Shown: positions 16,879 through 26,683 of the stretch, piece after piece | Layout: each line of letters begins with the position of its first letter | Numbering within the stretch: position 1 is the first letter of the stretch | Translations under genes and position numbers: made by a program | The notes under the pieces: model-generated | Databases searched by the model: none | What the model saw: only the letters and a program-made list of their open reading frames with translations | What the model was told of the DNA's origin: nothing | DNA from: an uncultured Arachnia sp. | GTDB lineage: Bacteria > Actinomycetota > Actinomycetes > Propionibacteriales > Propionibacteriaceae | DNA: 64,000 bases | NCBI GenBank assembly: GCA_947499145.1 | Contig: CANMNB010000001.1 | Coordinates: 865 to 64,864 of the forward strand | Direction: 5' to 3'

Positions 16879-17726
16879 TCGCTGCCCTTCTCGGCGCCCT
16901 CGCTGCGCTCGGTTGCGTCCTCCTGGTGGCCGGCGCGCTGCGCCGCGTGGATCCTTCCCGTCCGTCTTCCACACGTCTGTGGACACCTGTGCACAACTGG
17001 TGGGGACGCCTGCCTCCACGCCGTCGCCGGGCGCTGCTCGGATCGATCACGGTGGGCTTCGTCGTGGCACTCCTGACCGGGTGGGCGGTCGCCCTGCTCG
17101 TCGTGCCCCTGGTGGTTGTCGCCGTCCCCGCCCTCCTCACGGAGCCACCCCACCGAGAGATCCACGTCTTGGCTGCGCTGGACCGTTGGGTCCGACTCCT
17201 GATGCCTTCGATCGCCACGGGGAAGTCCATCCGCGACGCCATCATCGCCACGCGCAGCCAAGCGCCGGATGCTCTGCGGCAGCCAGTGAACGCGGCGGTG
17301 GGCCGGATGGACCATGGCTGGTCGACACGCGACGCCCTGCTCGCCATGGCCGATGACCTGTCCTCCGCGGATGCCGATGCCGTCCTGGCCGCCCTCGCGA
17401 TCGCCTCCAGTCGCGGCGGTTCAGGAACCCGGGCAACGCTCCACGCCCTCGCCGAGAACACCCAGGAGCGCCTTGCCGGCCTGCGACAGATCGCGACGGA
17501 GCGCGCGAAACCCCGCGCCGTCGTCCGACAGGTGACCGCGATCACCGTCGTGATCCTGGGGGGAGCGATCCTGCTGGGGGGACAGTTCTTCGATCCGTAC
17601 CAGTCGCCCTTGGGCCAGCTCATAGCAGCGGCACTGGCCGCAGCATGGCTGGGCTCGCTGGCCATCCTCCGTCGCAGGACCACCCCGGCGCCCGCCGCAC
17701 GGTTCCTCCGCGGGACAACGGCATGA
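16875..17726 (+). CDS. tadB: Tad type II secretion system F family protein TadB
   Basis: N-terminal TM, T2SSF-like region (GKSIRDAI...ADAVLAAL...GGSG), C-terminal TMs; position after tadA. Confidence 0.85.
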   Translation: MIAALLGALAALGCVLLVAGALRRVDPSRPSSTRLWTPVHNWWGRLPPRRRRALLGSITVGFVVALLTGWAVALLVVPLVVVAVPALLTEPPHREIHVLAALDRWVRLLMPSIATGKSIRDAIIATRSQAPDALRQPVNAAVGRMDHGWSTRDALLAMADDLSSADADAVLAALAIASSRGGSGTRATLHALAENTQERLAGLRQIATERAKPRAVVRQVTAITVVILGGAILLGGQFFDPYQSPLGQLIAAALAAAWLGSLAILRRRTTPAPAARFLRGTTA

Positions 17727-18619
17727 CCACGCTCGGACTGGTGGCCCTGGTCGGCATGGGCATGGGGCTGGGTCTGGTCCTGACGGGGGTCGGGCTCTCC
17801 CGCCCCTCCCTGCGGCTGGCAGATGCCCTCGCCTCCTTGGACGGTGTGGAGTCCTCACTGGACTACCGGGACCGGGGGTCCTCCGACACGCCGCCAGGAC
17901 TCGAGGGGCTCGGCGCCGCGCTCCAGAGACGGCTTCGGCTTCCGGTCACCGAGAACCAGCAGCGTCTCCTACTGCTCCAGTCCCGCAGCGTCGGGGACTT
18001 CTTCGCCGAGAAGTTGGTGTGGACGACCGCGGGGGTGCTGATGCCGACCCTCTGGGGAGTTCTCCAGTTCATGCTCGGCCAGCCGGTCACACTCCTGCCA
18101 CTGGGCATCAGCCTCCTCGGTGGCATCACCGGCTACTTCATCGCCGACTGGCGACTGGCCCACGACGCCGGTTCCGCCCGACAGGCCGCAACGCACTCGA
18201 TCCACACGTTCTTCGACCTCGTCGCGCTCGAGCGCCTGGCGGGTGCCTCCGCGGCGCAGGCGGTGGCGTCGGCCGCCTCCGTTTCCGAGGCACCACTGTT
18301 CCGTCGCATCGCAGCCGGTCTCGAACGTGCACGGCTGGAACAGGGACCACCCTGGGACGAACTGGCACGGATCGGTCGTGATTGGCAGCTCCCGGAACTC
18401 GTCGACTTCGCCGACGTCATGCGCCTCGAGGAACAGGGGGCAGCCCTGGCCGACGCGCTGCAGGCTCGCGTGCGGGAGCTGCGGAGCAGCCACTTGTCCC
18501 GCCAGCAGGCGGAGGCCCAGGAGGCGACTGAGGGGTTGACCATCTGGATGACCGTGCCCGCGCTCCTCCTCGGTCTGGCCTTCGTCATCCCGCCCCTGCT
18601 CCGGCTGTCCAGTGGATGA
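17723..18619 (+). CDS. tadC: Tad type II secretion system F family protein TadC
   Basis: FFDLVALERLAG...ELVDFADVMRLEEQGAALADAL; C-terminal TM; ATGA overlap. Confidence 0.85.
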   Translation: MTTLGLVALVGMGMGLGLVLTGVGLSRPSLRLADALASLDGVESSLDYRDRGSSDTPPGLEGLGAALQRRLRLPVTENQQRLLLLQSRSVGDFFAEKLVWTTAGVLMPTLWGVLQFMLGQPVTLLPLGISLLGGITGYFIADWRLAHDAGSARQAATHSIHTFFDLVALERLAGASAAQAVASAASVSEAPLFRRIAAGLERARLEQGPPWDELARIGRDWQLPELVDFADVMRLEEQGAALADALQARVRELRSSHLSRQQAEAQEATEGLTIWMTVPALLLGLAFVIPPLLRLSSG

Positions 18620-18621
18620 CC

Positions 18622-18630
18622 TGTGGACAA
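18622..18630 (-). promoter_or_regulatory. DnaA-box consensus (TTGTCCACA) upstream of the pilin gene
   Basis: TGTGGACAA on the + strand, in the 67-bp tadC-flp gap. A single box, so it could be chance. Confidence 0.35.
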
Positions 18631-18686
18631 CTGGTCAATCCACTCCACCGACTCCCACAGTGTTGAACAAGGAAGGAAACCCACCC

Positions 18687-18866
18687 ATGAACCTCATCCA
18701 CTCCCTCATCGGGACTCTCATGATCCTGAGAACTCCGCCACGGCGAGACGAACGCGGCCTGTCCCAGTCCACCGAGAACGCCATCCTGCTGGCAGGAGCA
18801 GTGGCGGTCGCCCTGCTCGTCGTGAGCGTCATCACCGCCTACGTGAGGGACCGGCTCCCCGGCTGA
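18687..18866 (+). CDS. Flp-like pilin
   Basis: 59 aa; strong RBS AAGGAAGGA; RDERG|LSQSTE leader followed by one hydrophobic helix; directly after tadC. Confidence 0.7.
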   Translation: MNLIHSLIGTLMILRTPPRRDERGLSQSTENAILLAGAVAVALLVVSVITAYVRDRLPG

Positions 18867-18868
18867 CC

Positions 18869-21502
18869 ATGCCCCGCATCCTTGCTCGCTTGCTCGCCGT
18901 TCTGGGACTCGCTCTGCTGCTGGTCGGCGTCCCGGTCCTGCTGTGGCACCTGACGGCACCGCCGGACTGGCTCCAGACTGACTGGGGCACGACGTTGACG
19001 ACGCCGGGCGATCCCAGGGGCGTCCTCATGCTCCTCGGGTTCGCAGGATGGGTCGCTTGGATCGCACTGTCCGTGTCGGTCGTGGCCGAGGGCCTGGACC
19101 TCCTGACCCACGGGTCCGTGCGGCTTCGCGTACCGGGAACGCAGTGGGCCACACCGGCCGTCCGCGCGCTGGTGGTGGCCGCGCTGGGCAGTGCGGCGAT
19201 CGCGCCCATGGCCAGCGCCGAGGAGACCCGCCCCGCGGACCACCATGCCGTGGCGCATCAGGATCCGGCCGCGGTCAACGTCAACGCCAAATCCAGAGCC
19301 CCCCGCATTCACCAGGCCGCGTACGTGGTGAAGGCGGGCGACGAGTTGTGGTCCATCGCCCAGCGTGAACTGGGTTCCGGTGAGCGGTGGCGGGACATCG
19401 TGGCCCTGAACCCGGGAGTCGGGAGCGACACCACCTTGGTACCGGGCCAGCGCCTCACCCTCCCCGGGACTCCTCCCGGCCCCGTCGTCGTTGTGGAGGG
19501 CGACACACTGTGGGGTCTTGCCGAAGCGCACCTCGGTGCCGGTGAACGCTGGGGCGAGATCCACGCCGTCAATGAGGACGTGATCTCGGATCCCGACCAC
19601 CTCGAGGTGGGTTGGCGGCTGCGACTCCCCGGCTCTCAGGGCTCCGCGGAGACGACGGCGTCCCAGTCCTCCGCAGTGGAGCCCCAAGTGACACCACCAC
19701 CGCCCCAGCCACCTGACGCGGCGTCCGGGACCGTTGCACCAGCGCCGCAGCACACCCAGGGCGACCACGATGAGACCGCGCGGACACCGGCAACGGCAAT
19801 GGAACCGGGTGATGCGACCACATCCACGGAGCGGACGCCCGACGCCGCCATCCAGGAAGCGCAACCGGAATCCGACCTCGGGCCCATCGGGGGCATGCTG
19901 GCAGCGAGCGTGGTGGCTGGAGTGGTCGCCCGACGACGCCTCCAGATGCTGGACCGCGCCGTGGGGCGCAGGATCGCGCCGCTCGCGCCCAGCCTGGAGA
20001 GGCTCCTCACCGCGCTGGTCCGGCGCGCTGAGGATGGATCCCACGCAACAGGCCTCGGCCCCACCGGCGTGGTCCTCGGCTGGATCGAGGATCGTCCCGT
20101 CATCCACGACCTCGAAAGCGCCCGCTGCACCGTCGTGGACGGGACTCCCGAGGACGTCCGGAGTATGCAGGCGGCTGCCGTCACGTCGTTGGCGTGCGCC
20201 GAGTGGTCATCTCCGGTGGAGGTGTTCCTCGTGAGCGACCACGACGGGTGGGCAGCGGCCTTGGACGACCCCCGGATCCACTCCCTCGCGTCGACCGGGG
20301 AAGCCCTCACGGAGTTGCAGGGATTGTGCGCGCGGAGGCGCATCGAGATGGCGCAGTCGGACCTGGCATCGCTGAGGGATGACCCCGACGTCGCCGAGGC
20401 CTGGCACCCCGTGGTTTTCATACTCACGGACAGGCCCACCGCCGGCGAGCTGGATCGGATCGAGGACTGCCTCTCGCTGGGGCATGTCGGAGTGAGCGTG
20501 CTCCTGAACGGCGCCGGGGTCAGTGATCGGCCCGCGTGGGAGATGATCCATATCCACTCGGGCGACGACGCCAGCCGCACCTCGAACGGTGACCGTTTCC
20601 AGCCGCAGCTGCTCACCGCCCCGGCGCGTCGCGCACTGGTGGACCTCCTCGGTGCAGCGGCCTCCCAGGAGACCGAATCAGCCCCCTGGTGGCGCGATGA
20701 GGCGCACCCACCTGTGTCAGCTACCCCGTCGTCCGACGGTGCCGTGAAGGACCCCGTGATGCCCCCGTGGTCGAATGAACCAACCCATCCGACGCTTCTG
20801 TTGCTCGGCCAGGTCCAGCTGGTGGGCTGTCGGGGGACGCAGCCCACGCGCGCACGAGGCCAGTGCATCGAATACTGCGCCTGGCTCCTGGAGCGTCCGG
20901 GTTCATCCGCCAGCACGATGACCCGAGACCTCGTGGTGGCTGAACCCACCCGTCGCTCCAACATGAGCCGCTTGCGCACCTGGCTCGGATCCACTCCCGA
21001 TGGTCAGCCGTACCTCCCGGACGCGTACTCGGGTCGCATCAGGTTGCACCCGTCCGTCACCTCGGACTGGGAGAGGTTCCAACTCCTGCTGAGCGGCGGA
21101 GTGAACGCAGCCAGCCCACAGCTGCTGCGGGAGGCGCTGTCGATCGTCCGCGGTGAACCCATGGAAGGTGTGGCCTTCCAGTGGCCGTGGGCATCGTCAC
21201 TGCTCGCGGACATGGTGGCGATGGTCACGGACGCGGCGGTCGTCCTGGCTGAGCGCAGCATGGACGCCGACGACGCAGCCATGGCCCAGTGGGCCATCGC
21301 GCAGGGACGACTCGCCTCGCCTGATGCCGAGCCGCTGCTGGCGGCGGAGATCCGGCTGCACGCACTCGTCGGCGATCACGCGGCCGTTCAGGAGAAGGCG
21401 CTGGCTCTCTCGCGCGCGGCTCGGGCCCAGGGGCGCGACCTCGAACCTGGGACGGTCCGGCGCATCCAGAGTGCCCTCCATGCCGCCCGAGTGGCGACGT
21501 GA
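18869..21502 (+). CDS. Membrane-anchored LysM-domain / BTAD-domain protein of the Tad locus
   Basis: N-terminal TMs, two LysM repeats (YVVKAGDELWSIAQRELG; VVVEGDTLWGLAEAHLG), Pro/Thr linker, TM, then C-terminal LLGQVQL...SDWERF...ALSIVRGEP (wHTH/BTAD). Confidence 0.87.
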   Translation: MPRILARLLAVLGLALLLVGVPVLLWHLTAPPDWLQTDWGTTLTTPGDPRGVLMLLGFAGWVAWIALSVSVVAEGLDLLTHGSVRLRVPGTQWATPAVRALVVAALGSAAIAPMASAEETRPADHHAVAHQDPAAVNVNAKSRAPRIHQAAYVVKAGDELWSIAQRELGSGERWRDIVALNPGVGSDTTLVPGQRLTLPGTPPGPVVVVEGDTLWGLAEAHLGAGERWGEIHAVNEDVISDPDHLEVGWRLRLPGSQGSAETTASQSSAVEPQVTPPPPQPPDAASGTVAPAPQHTQGDHDETARTPATAMEPGDATTSTERTPDAAIQEAQPESDLGPIGGMLAASVVAGVVARRRLQMLDRAVGRRIAPLAPSLERLLTALVRRAEDGSHATGLGPTGVVLGWIEDRPVIHDLESARCTVVDGTPEDVRSMQAAAVTSLACAEWSSPVEVFLVSDHDGWAAALDDPRIHSLASTGEALTELQGLCARRRIEMAQSDLASLRDDPDVAEAWHPVVFILTDRPTAGELDRIEDCLSLGHVGVSVLLNGAGVSDRPAWEMIHIHSGDDASRTSNGDRFQPQLLTAPARRALVDLLGAAASQETESAPWWRDEAHPPVSATPSSDGAVKDPVMPPWSNEPTHPTLLLLGQVQLVGCRGTQPTRARGQCIEYCAWLLERPGSSASTMTRDLVVAEPTRRSNMSRLRTWLGSTPDGQPYLPDAYSGRIRLHPSVTSDWERFQLLLSGGVNAASPQLLREALSIVRGEPMEGVAFQWPWASSLLADMVAMVTDAAVVLAERSMDADDAAMAQWAIAQGRLASPDAEPLLAAEIRLHALVGDHAAVQEKALALSRAARAQGRDLEPGTVRRIQSALHAARVAT

Positions 21503-21593
21503 CCAGGTGCCCCCGGTACCTCGAATCCCGGCGCCCTCATTCCGCCGAAGCCCGGCGATCTGGCAAGCGCGAAGCCGGCCGACAGACGTCCCG

Positions 21594-22340
21594 TCAGGCG
21601 TACGGCGCGCGGTAGCCACCGCCCGGGTCCTGTGTGGCGAACTTGCCTCCGCTGAGGTCCACCATCGTCCCCGTGATGTACCCGGCGCGCTCGCTGGCCA
21701 GGAAACACAGGGCATCGGCGATCTCCTCGGGTGTCCCCCACCGCCGGATCGTGAGCTGGTCCAATCGTCGAGCGGTCGCGTCGTCGTCGAGGTCGGCGAA
21801 GCGGTTCATGCCCGTCGGCACCATCCCCGGCGCGTAGGAGTTCACGGTGATGCCCCAAGCGCCAAGCTCCCCCGCGAGGGTGCGACTCATCTGCGCCACG
21901 GCCGCCTTGGACGCGGAGTACGCGGCCGCGCCGAGCGACGGCATGATGGCGGCGAAGGAGGCGGCGTTGAGGATCCGGCCCCACCGAGCCCGCTTCATGA
22001 CGGGGATGACCGCCTGGCACGTGTGCAGGACCCCGGTGACGTTGACGTCAAAGGTCCGCTGCCACAGCGCCGGGTCCATCGTCTCCAGAGGCCCTTCGGC
22101 CAGGATGCCGGCGTTGTTCACCAGCACGTCGATGCGCCCGAATTCGGCGTCCACGTCGGCGACCACCGATCGCACGGCTGTCGCGGACGTCACGTCGCAG
22201 GACCTGACGCCCGCGGCCTCGCCGACGTCCAAGCGCACCACCGTGGCGCCCTCCGCCTCGAAGCCGTCTGCGATCGCGGCACCGATGCCGCGGGCCGCCC
22301 CGGTGACGATGACCACACGGTCTTGAAGTCCCAGCTCCAT
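21594..22340 (-). CDS. Short-chain dehydrogenase/reductase
   Basis: TGAARGIG, NNAG, YSASK. Confidence 0.92.
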   Translation of the reverse strand: MELGLQDRVVIVTGAARGIGAAIADGFEAEGATVVRLDVGEAAGVRSCDVTSATAVRSVVADVDAEFGRIDVLVNNAGILAEGPLETMDPALWQRTFDVNVTGVLHTCQAVIPVMKRARWGRILNAASFAAIMPSLGAAAYSASKAAVAQMSRTLAGELGAWGITVNSYAPGMVPTGMNRFADLDDDATARRLDQLTIRRWGTPEEIADALCFLASERAGYITGTMVDLSGGKFATQDPGGGYRAPYA

Positions 22341-22353
22341 GATCACTCCACAA

Positions 22354-22393
22354 GTCATACGATTGAGGCTCCAGACTAGCTTGCGGTCATACG
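22354..22393. promoter_or_regulatory. Direct repeat GTCATACG x2 in the divergent SDR promoter
   Basis: Copies at 22354-22361 and 22386-22393, 32 bp apart, in a 62-bp divergent gap. Confidence 0.45.
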
Positions 22394-22402
22394 GGAGGAC
22401 AG

Positions 22403-23152
22403 ATGTCGGACGCGAAAGCCCCCGGGGTGGCGTGGGTCATCGGCGCCAGCAGCGGAGTGGGCGCGGCCACCGCCCGCGCCCTGGCCGAACGGGGTTTCAG
22501 CGTCGCGGTCAGCGGGCGCCGGGAGGACAACCTGCGGACCCTGACCACCTCGATCAGGGAGGCACTCCCCGGCGCCACTCTGGCCACCCATGCCCTCGAC
22601 ATCACCGACCCCGGGGCCGCCCTCGAGACGCATCGCCGGATCGCGGCCGAACTCGGCGACGTCACCTGCCTGATCTACGCGGCGGGCCTCAATGCCCCGA
22701 AGCGATACCTCGCCGACATGGACCACATGGAGACCGCCGCCATCTTCGCCACGAATGCCGTCGCCCCCAGCCAGGTGACGCAGTTGGTCCTGCCGGGGAT
22801 GCGCTCCACCAAGGGTGGCACCATCATCTACATCTCCTCCATCGCCGCCTGGCGCCATGCGCCGGCGGCCGGTGTCGCCTACAGCGCCAGCAAGAAGGCC
22901 ATGTCAACGCTCGCCGAGCACGTGAACTCGACGGAATCCGTGCACGGCATCCGCGCCACCAGCATCCTTCCCGGCGACATCGACACCGAGTTCCTGTCCA
23001 TGCGGCCGGAGGTTCCCGACAGCGCCGCACGGCGGAGCATGCTGACGGCTGAGGACGTCGCCGCCACCGTGGCGATGGTGGTCGACCTGCCGGCACACGT
23101 GTGCATCGACGAACTGGTTGTCACCCCGGTCAAGCGCGACCAGGCCACCTGA
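22403..23152 (+). CDS. Short-chain dehydrogenase/reductase
   Basis: IGASSGVG, SGRR (NADP-type), YSASK, PGDIDT. Confidence 0.92.
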   Translation: MSDAKAPGVAWVIGASSGVGAATARALAERGFSVAVSGRREDNLRTLTTSIREALPGATLATHALDITDPGAALETHRRIAAELGDVTCLIYAAGLNAPKRYLADMDHMETAAIFATNAVAPSQVTQLVLPGMRSTKGGTIIYISSIAAWRHAPAAGVAYSASKKAMSTLAEHVNSTESVHGIRATSILPGDIDTEFLSMRPEVPDSAARRSMLTAEDVAATVAMVVDLPAHVCIDELVVTPVKRDQAT

Positions 23153-23862
23153 TGGCCCTGCCGCCGCGGAAACCGAGCACCCGGTTCGACGACGTCGTCG
23201 ACTACCTGGGCACGCGCATCTGCTCGGGCCGACTGCAGCCCGGGGACGTCGTGGCCACCGAGCACGTCGAAGCTGCCACCGCAGTCTCTCGAAGCGTCGT
23301 GCGCGAAGCGGTCCGCGTGCTGGCGGCCCTGGGGCTTCTGGAGTCGCGTCGTCGCATCGGGGCCGTGGTGCTGCCCCGGACCTCCTGGAACCTCTTCTCA
23401 CCTCGCGTCATCCGCTGGTGCCTCGACTCGGGGATGCACCCAGGTCTGGTCGGTTCCCTGCTGGACGTCCGCCACGCCATCGAGCCGACTGCCGCTGCGC
23501 TCGCCGCCGAGCACGGATCGCCGGACACCGTCGTCGCACTCGTCGAGGCCGCTGGGTCCTTGTGGGGCTGTTCGGCGGCCGACGACATCGACGGCTTCCT
23601 CGCCGCGGACGCCCGGTTCCACGGGCTGCTCCTCGAGGGATCGGGGAACCCGCTGTTCCGGCAGCTCGCCGGGTTCATTGCTGAAGCGCTTCGGGGCCAG
23701 ACACGGCAGCAGCTGCAAACGGCTGACCTGGAGCAGGTCCACGTCCAGCTGCACGTCGACCTGGCCCGCGCCATCCAACAGCACGACGCCGTCGCCGCCG
23801 AGGCGTTGGCCCGCCGGATCGTCGCCGACGCTCGCTCGAGTCTCACCAGCCACTCGCTGTAG
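23152..23862 (+). CDS. GntR/FadR family transcriptional regulator
   Basis: HTH VSRSVVREAVRVL; FCD domain (VRHAIEP, DARFH, SGNPLF). Confidence 0.9.
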   Translation: MALPPRKPSTRFDDVVDYLGTRICSGRLQPGDVVATEHVEAATAVSRSVVREAVRVLAALGLLESRRRIGAVVLPRTSWNLFSPRVIRWCLDSGMHPGLVGSLLDVRHAIEPTAAALAAEHGSPDTVVALVEAAGSLWGCSAADDIDGFLAADARFHGLLLEGSGNPLFRQLAGFIAEALRGQTRQQLQTADLEQVHVQLHVDLARAIQQHDAVAAEALARRIVADARSSLTSHSL

Positions 23863-23994
23863 GAGGACGGAGACGCCGCTCAGGGGGCCGACACCTCGAC
23901 ACGCCGCCAATGGCGGCTACTCGGTGATCGTCGTAGCTACTCGGTGAACGTCTTGGGCCGCCGCTAGCGGCCACTCGGCGATCGCCAGACCCGG

Positions 23995-25410
23995 TCAGTC
24001 CACGGGATCCCGGCGCGGCACAGCCAGCGCCAGGACCACGCCCAGCACGCAGAAGCCAGCCAGCACGTAGAACACACGCGGCAGGTCCTCAGGGAACAGC
24101 GCGGCCAGCAGGCCGCCGAGCAGCGGCCCGGCCACGCCTCCCAGTCGACCGAAACCGGCCGCCCACGCGCCGGCCGCGGCCCGGGAGCGCACAGGGTAGT
24201 AGTTGGCCACGAATCCATAGATCAGGGTCTGCGTCCCCGAGGTGCCCATGCCCACCAGGGCGATCACGATGATCAGCAGCACCAGTGTTCGAGGGCTGGC
24301 CGCGGTGGTGGCGAGGACGATCCCGACAGCCCCGAGGCCGAAGAACGCAGCGATCACGTTCCGCACCCCGAAGCGGTCGGCGAAGAGCGATCCCGTGAGC
24401 CCACCGATCACCGCCCCGAGGTTGAGAGCCAGCAGCAGCGCCAGCGACGACTGCTCTCCCAGGGCGGGCTGCGTCAGCTGCGGCAGCCACGTGTTGAGGG
24501 AGTAGACCAGCAGCAGCCCCGTGGCGCTGAGCCCGCCGAGGAGGAAGGTGGCAACGATCTCCTGCCGGGTGAAGAGTGTGGCGAACCCGCTCTTCTCCTG
24601 TGCGACGGGCGGCCAGATCGGATCGGCCGGGACAGGCACTCCGGTGGCCTCCGAGGCGGCGAGCGCCTCATCGTGCTGCCCCCTGGCCTCGAGCCACAGG
24701 ACGGATTCGGGGAGCTTGAAGTAGGCGAGGGGAAGGAGTGTGACCAAGGGGAGGGCGCCGATCCAGAACAGGCCCCGCCAGCCGAGGTCATCGAGCCAGA
24801 GGATCGCTGCCAGCGCCGACAGCATCGAGCCGAGCGGCACGCCGCTGTAGACGATGGCGTTGGCGAGGTTCTTCCGTCCCGCCGGGGCGAACTCGGAGAT
24901 GATCGCGGCCGTGGTGGCGACGAGGGCCCCGATCCCCAGTCCGGTGATGAACCGCATGATGCCGAAGGTGACCACCGATTCCGTGGTGGCGGTGATGGCC
25001 ATGCCGATGGACAACCAGGCGATGGACCCGAGCATCGGGATGCGCCGGCCGACTCGGTCGCCGAACGTGCCCAGGGCGAGCGCACCGACGAGGACGCCGA
25101 TCAGGGCGTAGCTGCCCAGCGAGCCGCCGATCGCCGACGCTGCCGCGATCGCCTCGCGCATCGGGTCGGTCAGTGAGTCCTTGTCCAGGCCGATGGACGC
25201 CTGCAGGGCCTGCTGGTGCTCAGGGCTGAGCGCCTGGAAGATCAGCCCGCCGGGCTCCCGCATCTCCGGCATGACCGCGCCGTAGATGACCAGGTCGTAG
25301 CCGTCGAAGACCAGCGCCACCAGGGCCAGGCCCAGCACCCAGGCCAGGGTGGAGTGCCGCTTCGAGCGCATGTCGCGAGCGGGTCTCCCCGCAGGTGTGC
25401 CAGTCGTCAC
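23995..25410 (-). CDS. MFS transporter (aromatic acid:H+ symporter-like)
   Basis: FDGYDL, motif A GTFGDRVGRR, RFITGLGIG, GRLGGVAGP; GTGA overlap with the AGE gene. Confidence 0.9.
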   Translation of the reverse strand: MTTGTPAGRPARDMRSKRHSTLAWVLGLALVALVFDGYDLVIYGAVMPEMREPGGLIFQALSPEHQQALQASIGLDKDSLTDPMREAIAAASAIGGSLGSYALIGVLVGALALGTFGDRVGRRIPMLGSIAWLSIGMAITATTESVVTFGIMRFITGLGIGALVATTAAIISEFAPAGRKNLANAIVYSGVPLGSMLSALAAILWLDDLGWRGLFWIGALPLVTLLPLAYFKLPESVLWLEARGQHDEALAASEATGVPVPADPIWPPVAQEKSGFATLFTRQEIVATFLLGGLSATGLLLVYSLNTWLPQLTQPALGEQSSLALLLALNLGAVIGGLTGSLFADRFGVRNVIAAFFGLGAVGIVLATTAASPRTLVLLIIVIALVGMGTSGTQTLIYGFVANYYPVRSRAAAGAWAAGFGRLGGVAGPLLGGLLAALFPEDLPRVFYVLAGFCVLGVVLALAVPRRDPVD

Positions 25411-26639
25411 CGGCCCATCATGCCTGCGCGGACGCCCGCCGCCAACGACGTCTGCAACGGCAGCCGCGGCAGGAGCGTCGCCTGGGCCGCGTGGTAGAGG
25501 TCAGGTTTGCCCGGCCAGACACCGTCGGTCACCTCGTTGGACTCGTCCAACTGGTGGAACCAGGAACCCTGCTCCTCGTCCATGAAGTGGAGCCGCGCCA
25601 CGTCCCACCAGTCCGCGTACAGCCGGGCGAACCGCCCCTCGCCCGTGCGTCGCTGCAGGGCATCTGCGGCGGCGATCGCCTCGGTGACCACCCAGTGCAT
25701 GCGGTCGGTGACCACCGGCTGGCCGTCGAAGTCGGTGGTGTAGACGAAGCCGGGGTGGGGTCCCGCGACCCAGCCGTCGGAGACCGCCCGGTCGAACAGC
25801 GCGACGGCGGTGTCCGCCAGGCCCCCCGGCGCCCGCTCCCCCAGGGCGGCTTCGACGTGGAGCAGGAGGCGGGACCACTCGAACCCGTGTCCGATCGTGG
25901 CACCGAAGGGCTTGAACTGGTCGTCCGGCTGGTCCCGGTTCAGCTCGGGCTGCGGTGTCCAGTCGCGGTCGAAGTGCTCGGGCAGGCGGCCGTCGAATCG
26001 CGCGGCGAGATCGACGACGAACGCCGCCACTTTGCCCGCGCGCTCGCGCCACACGCCGTCGCCGGTGGCGTCGGCGACGGCCAGCATCGCCTCCACCGAG
26101 TGCATCGAGCTGTTGAGGCCGCGGTAGTCGTCGGGTCGGGTGAAGGCCGCGTCCCAGAGGTCCCGCGGACGGCCGGCCTCCTCCTCCCAGAAACGCTCCT
26201 CGTAGACGCGGCACGCCTCGGACAGCAGCTCCTCGGCCCCGTCGAGGCCAGCGAGAGTGGCAGAGGAGGCGCCCAGGAGCACGAAGGCGTGGTCGTAGCA
26301 CTGCTTCCCGGCGTCCCGCAGCGGACGGCCATCCGCGTCGATTCCGTTCCACCACCCGCCGGCGTGGGCGTCGCGGAGTCGGCCGGTGAGCCCGGCCATC
26401 GCCTGCTGGGCCACGGCCCGACAACCAGGCACACCGAGCATGGCGCCCAGCGAGTACACGTGGACCATGCGCGCGGTGATGTAGGTGAGAACGCCGAAGC
26501 TCGGGTCCCGGTCGCCCTCGTTGTCCAAGTATCCGGCCCCGCCGTCGGGGTCCGGGACGTGGATCCCGAAGTCCAGGAGGTCCCGGAGGTGCTGGTCCAG
26601 CCACGCCACATGGGTCGACTGGTGGGTCAGGTGCTGCAT
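25407..26639 (-). CDS. AGE family epimerase/isomerase (YihS/mannose-isomerase-like)
   Basis: TARMVHVY, YDHAFVLL, NSSMHSVEA, GHGFEWSRLL, HWVVTEA, KPDLYH. Confidence 0.92.
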   Translation of the reverse strand: MQHLTHQSTHVAWLDQHLRDLLDFGIHVPDPDGGAGYLDNEGDRDPSFGVLTYITARMVHVYSLGAMLGVPGCRAVAQQAMAGLTGRLRDAHAGGWWNGIDADGRPLRDAGKQCYDHAFVLLGASSATLAGLDGAEELLSEACRVYEERFWEEEAGRPRDLWDAAFTRPDDYRGLNSSMHSVEAMLAVADATGDGVWRERAGKVAAFVVDLAARFDGRLPEHFDRDWTPQPELNRDQPDDQFKPFGATIGHGFEWSRLLLHVEAALGERAPGGLADTAVALFDRAVSDGWVAGPHPGFVYTTDFDGQPVVTDRMHWVVTEAIAAADALQRRTGEGRFARLYADWWDVARLHFMDEEQGSWFHQLDESNEVTDGVWPGKPDLYHAAQATLLPRLPLQTSLAAGVRAGMMGR

Positions 26640-26683
26640 CGCGTCCGCCTCTCGTCGTCGACGACTCTACCGAGCCCCACGCG

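Noticed and set aside
18623-18868. 5' extension of the LysM ORF (959 aa)
   Set aside because: Overlaps the pilin gene, which has its own RBS; the hydrophobic N-terminus starts at ATG 18869.
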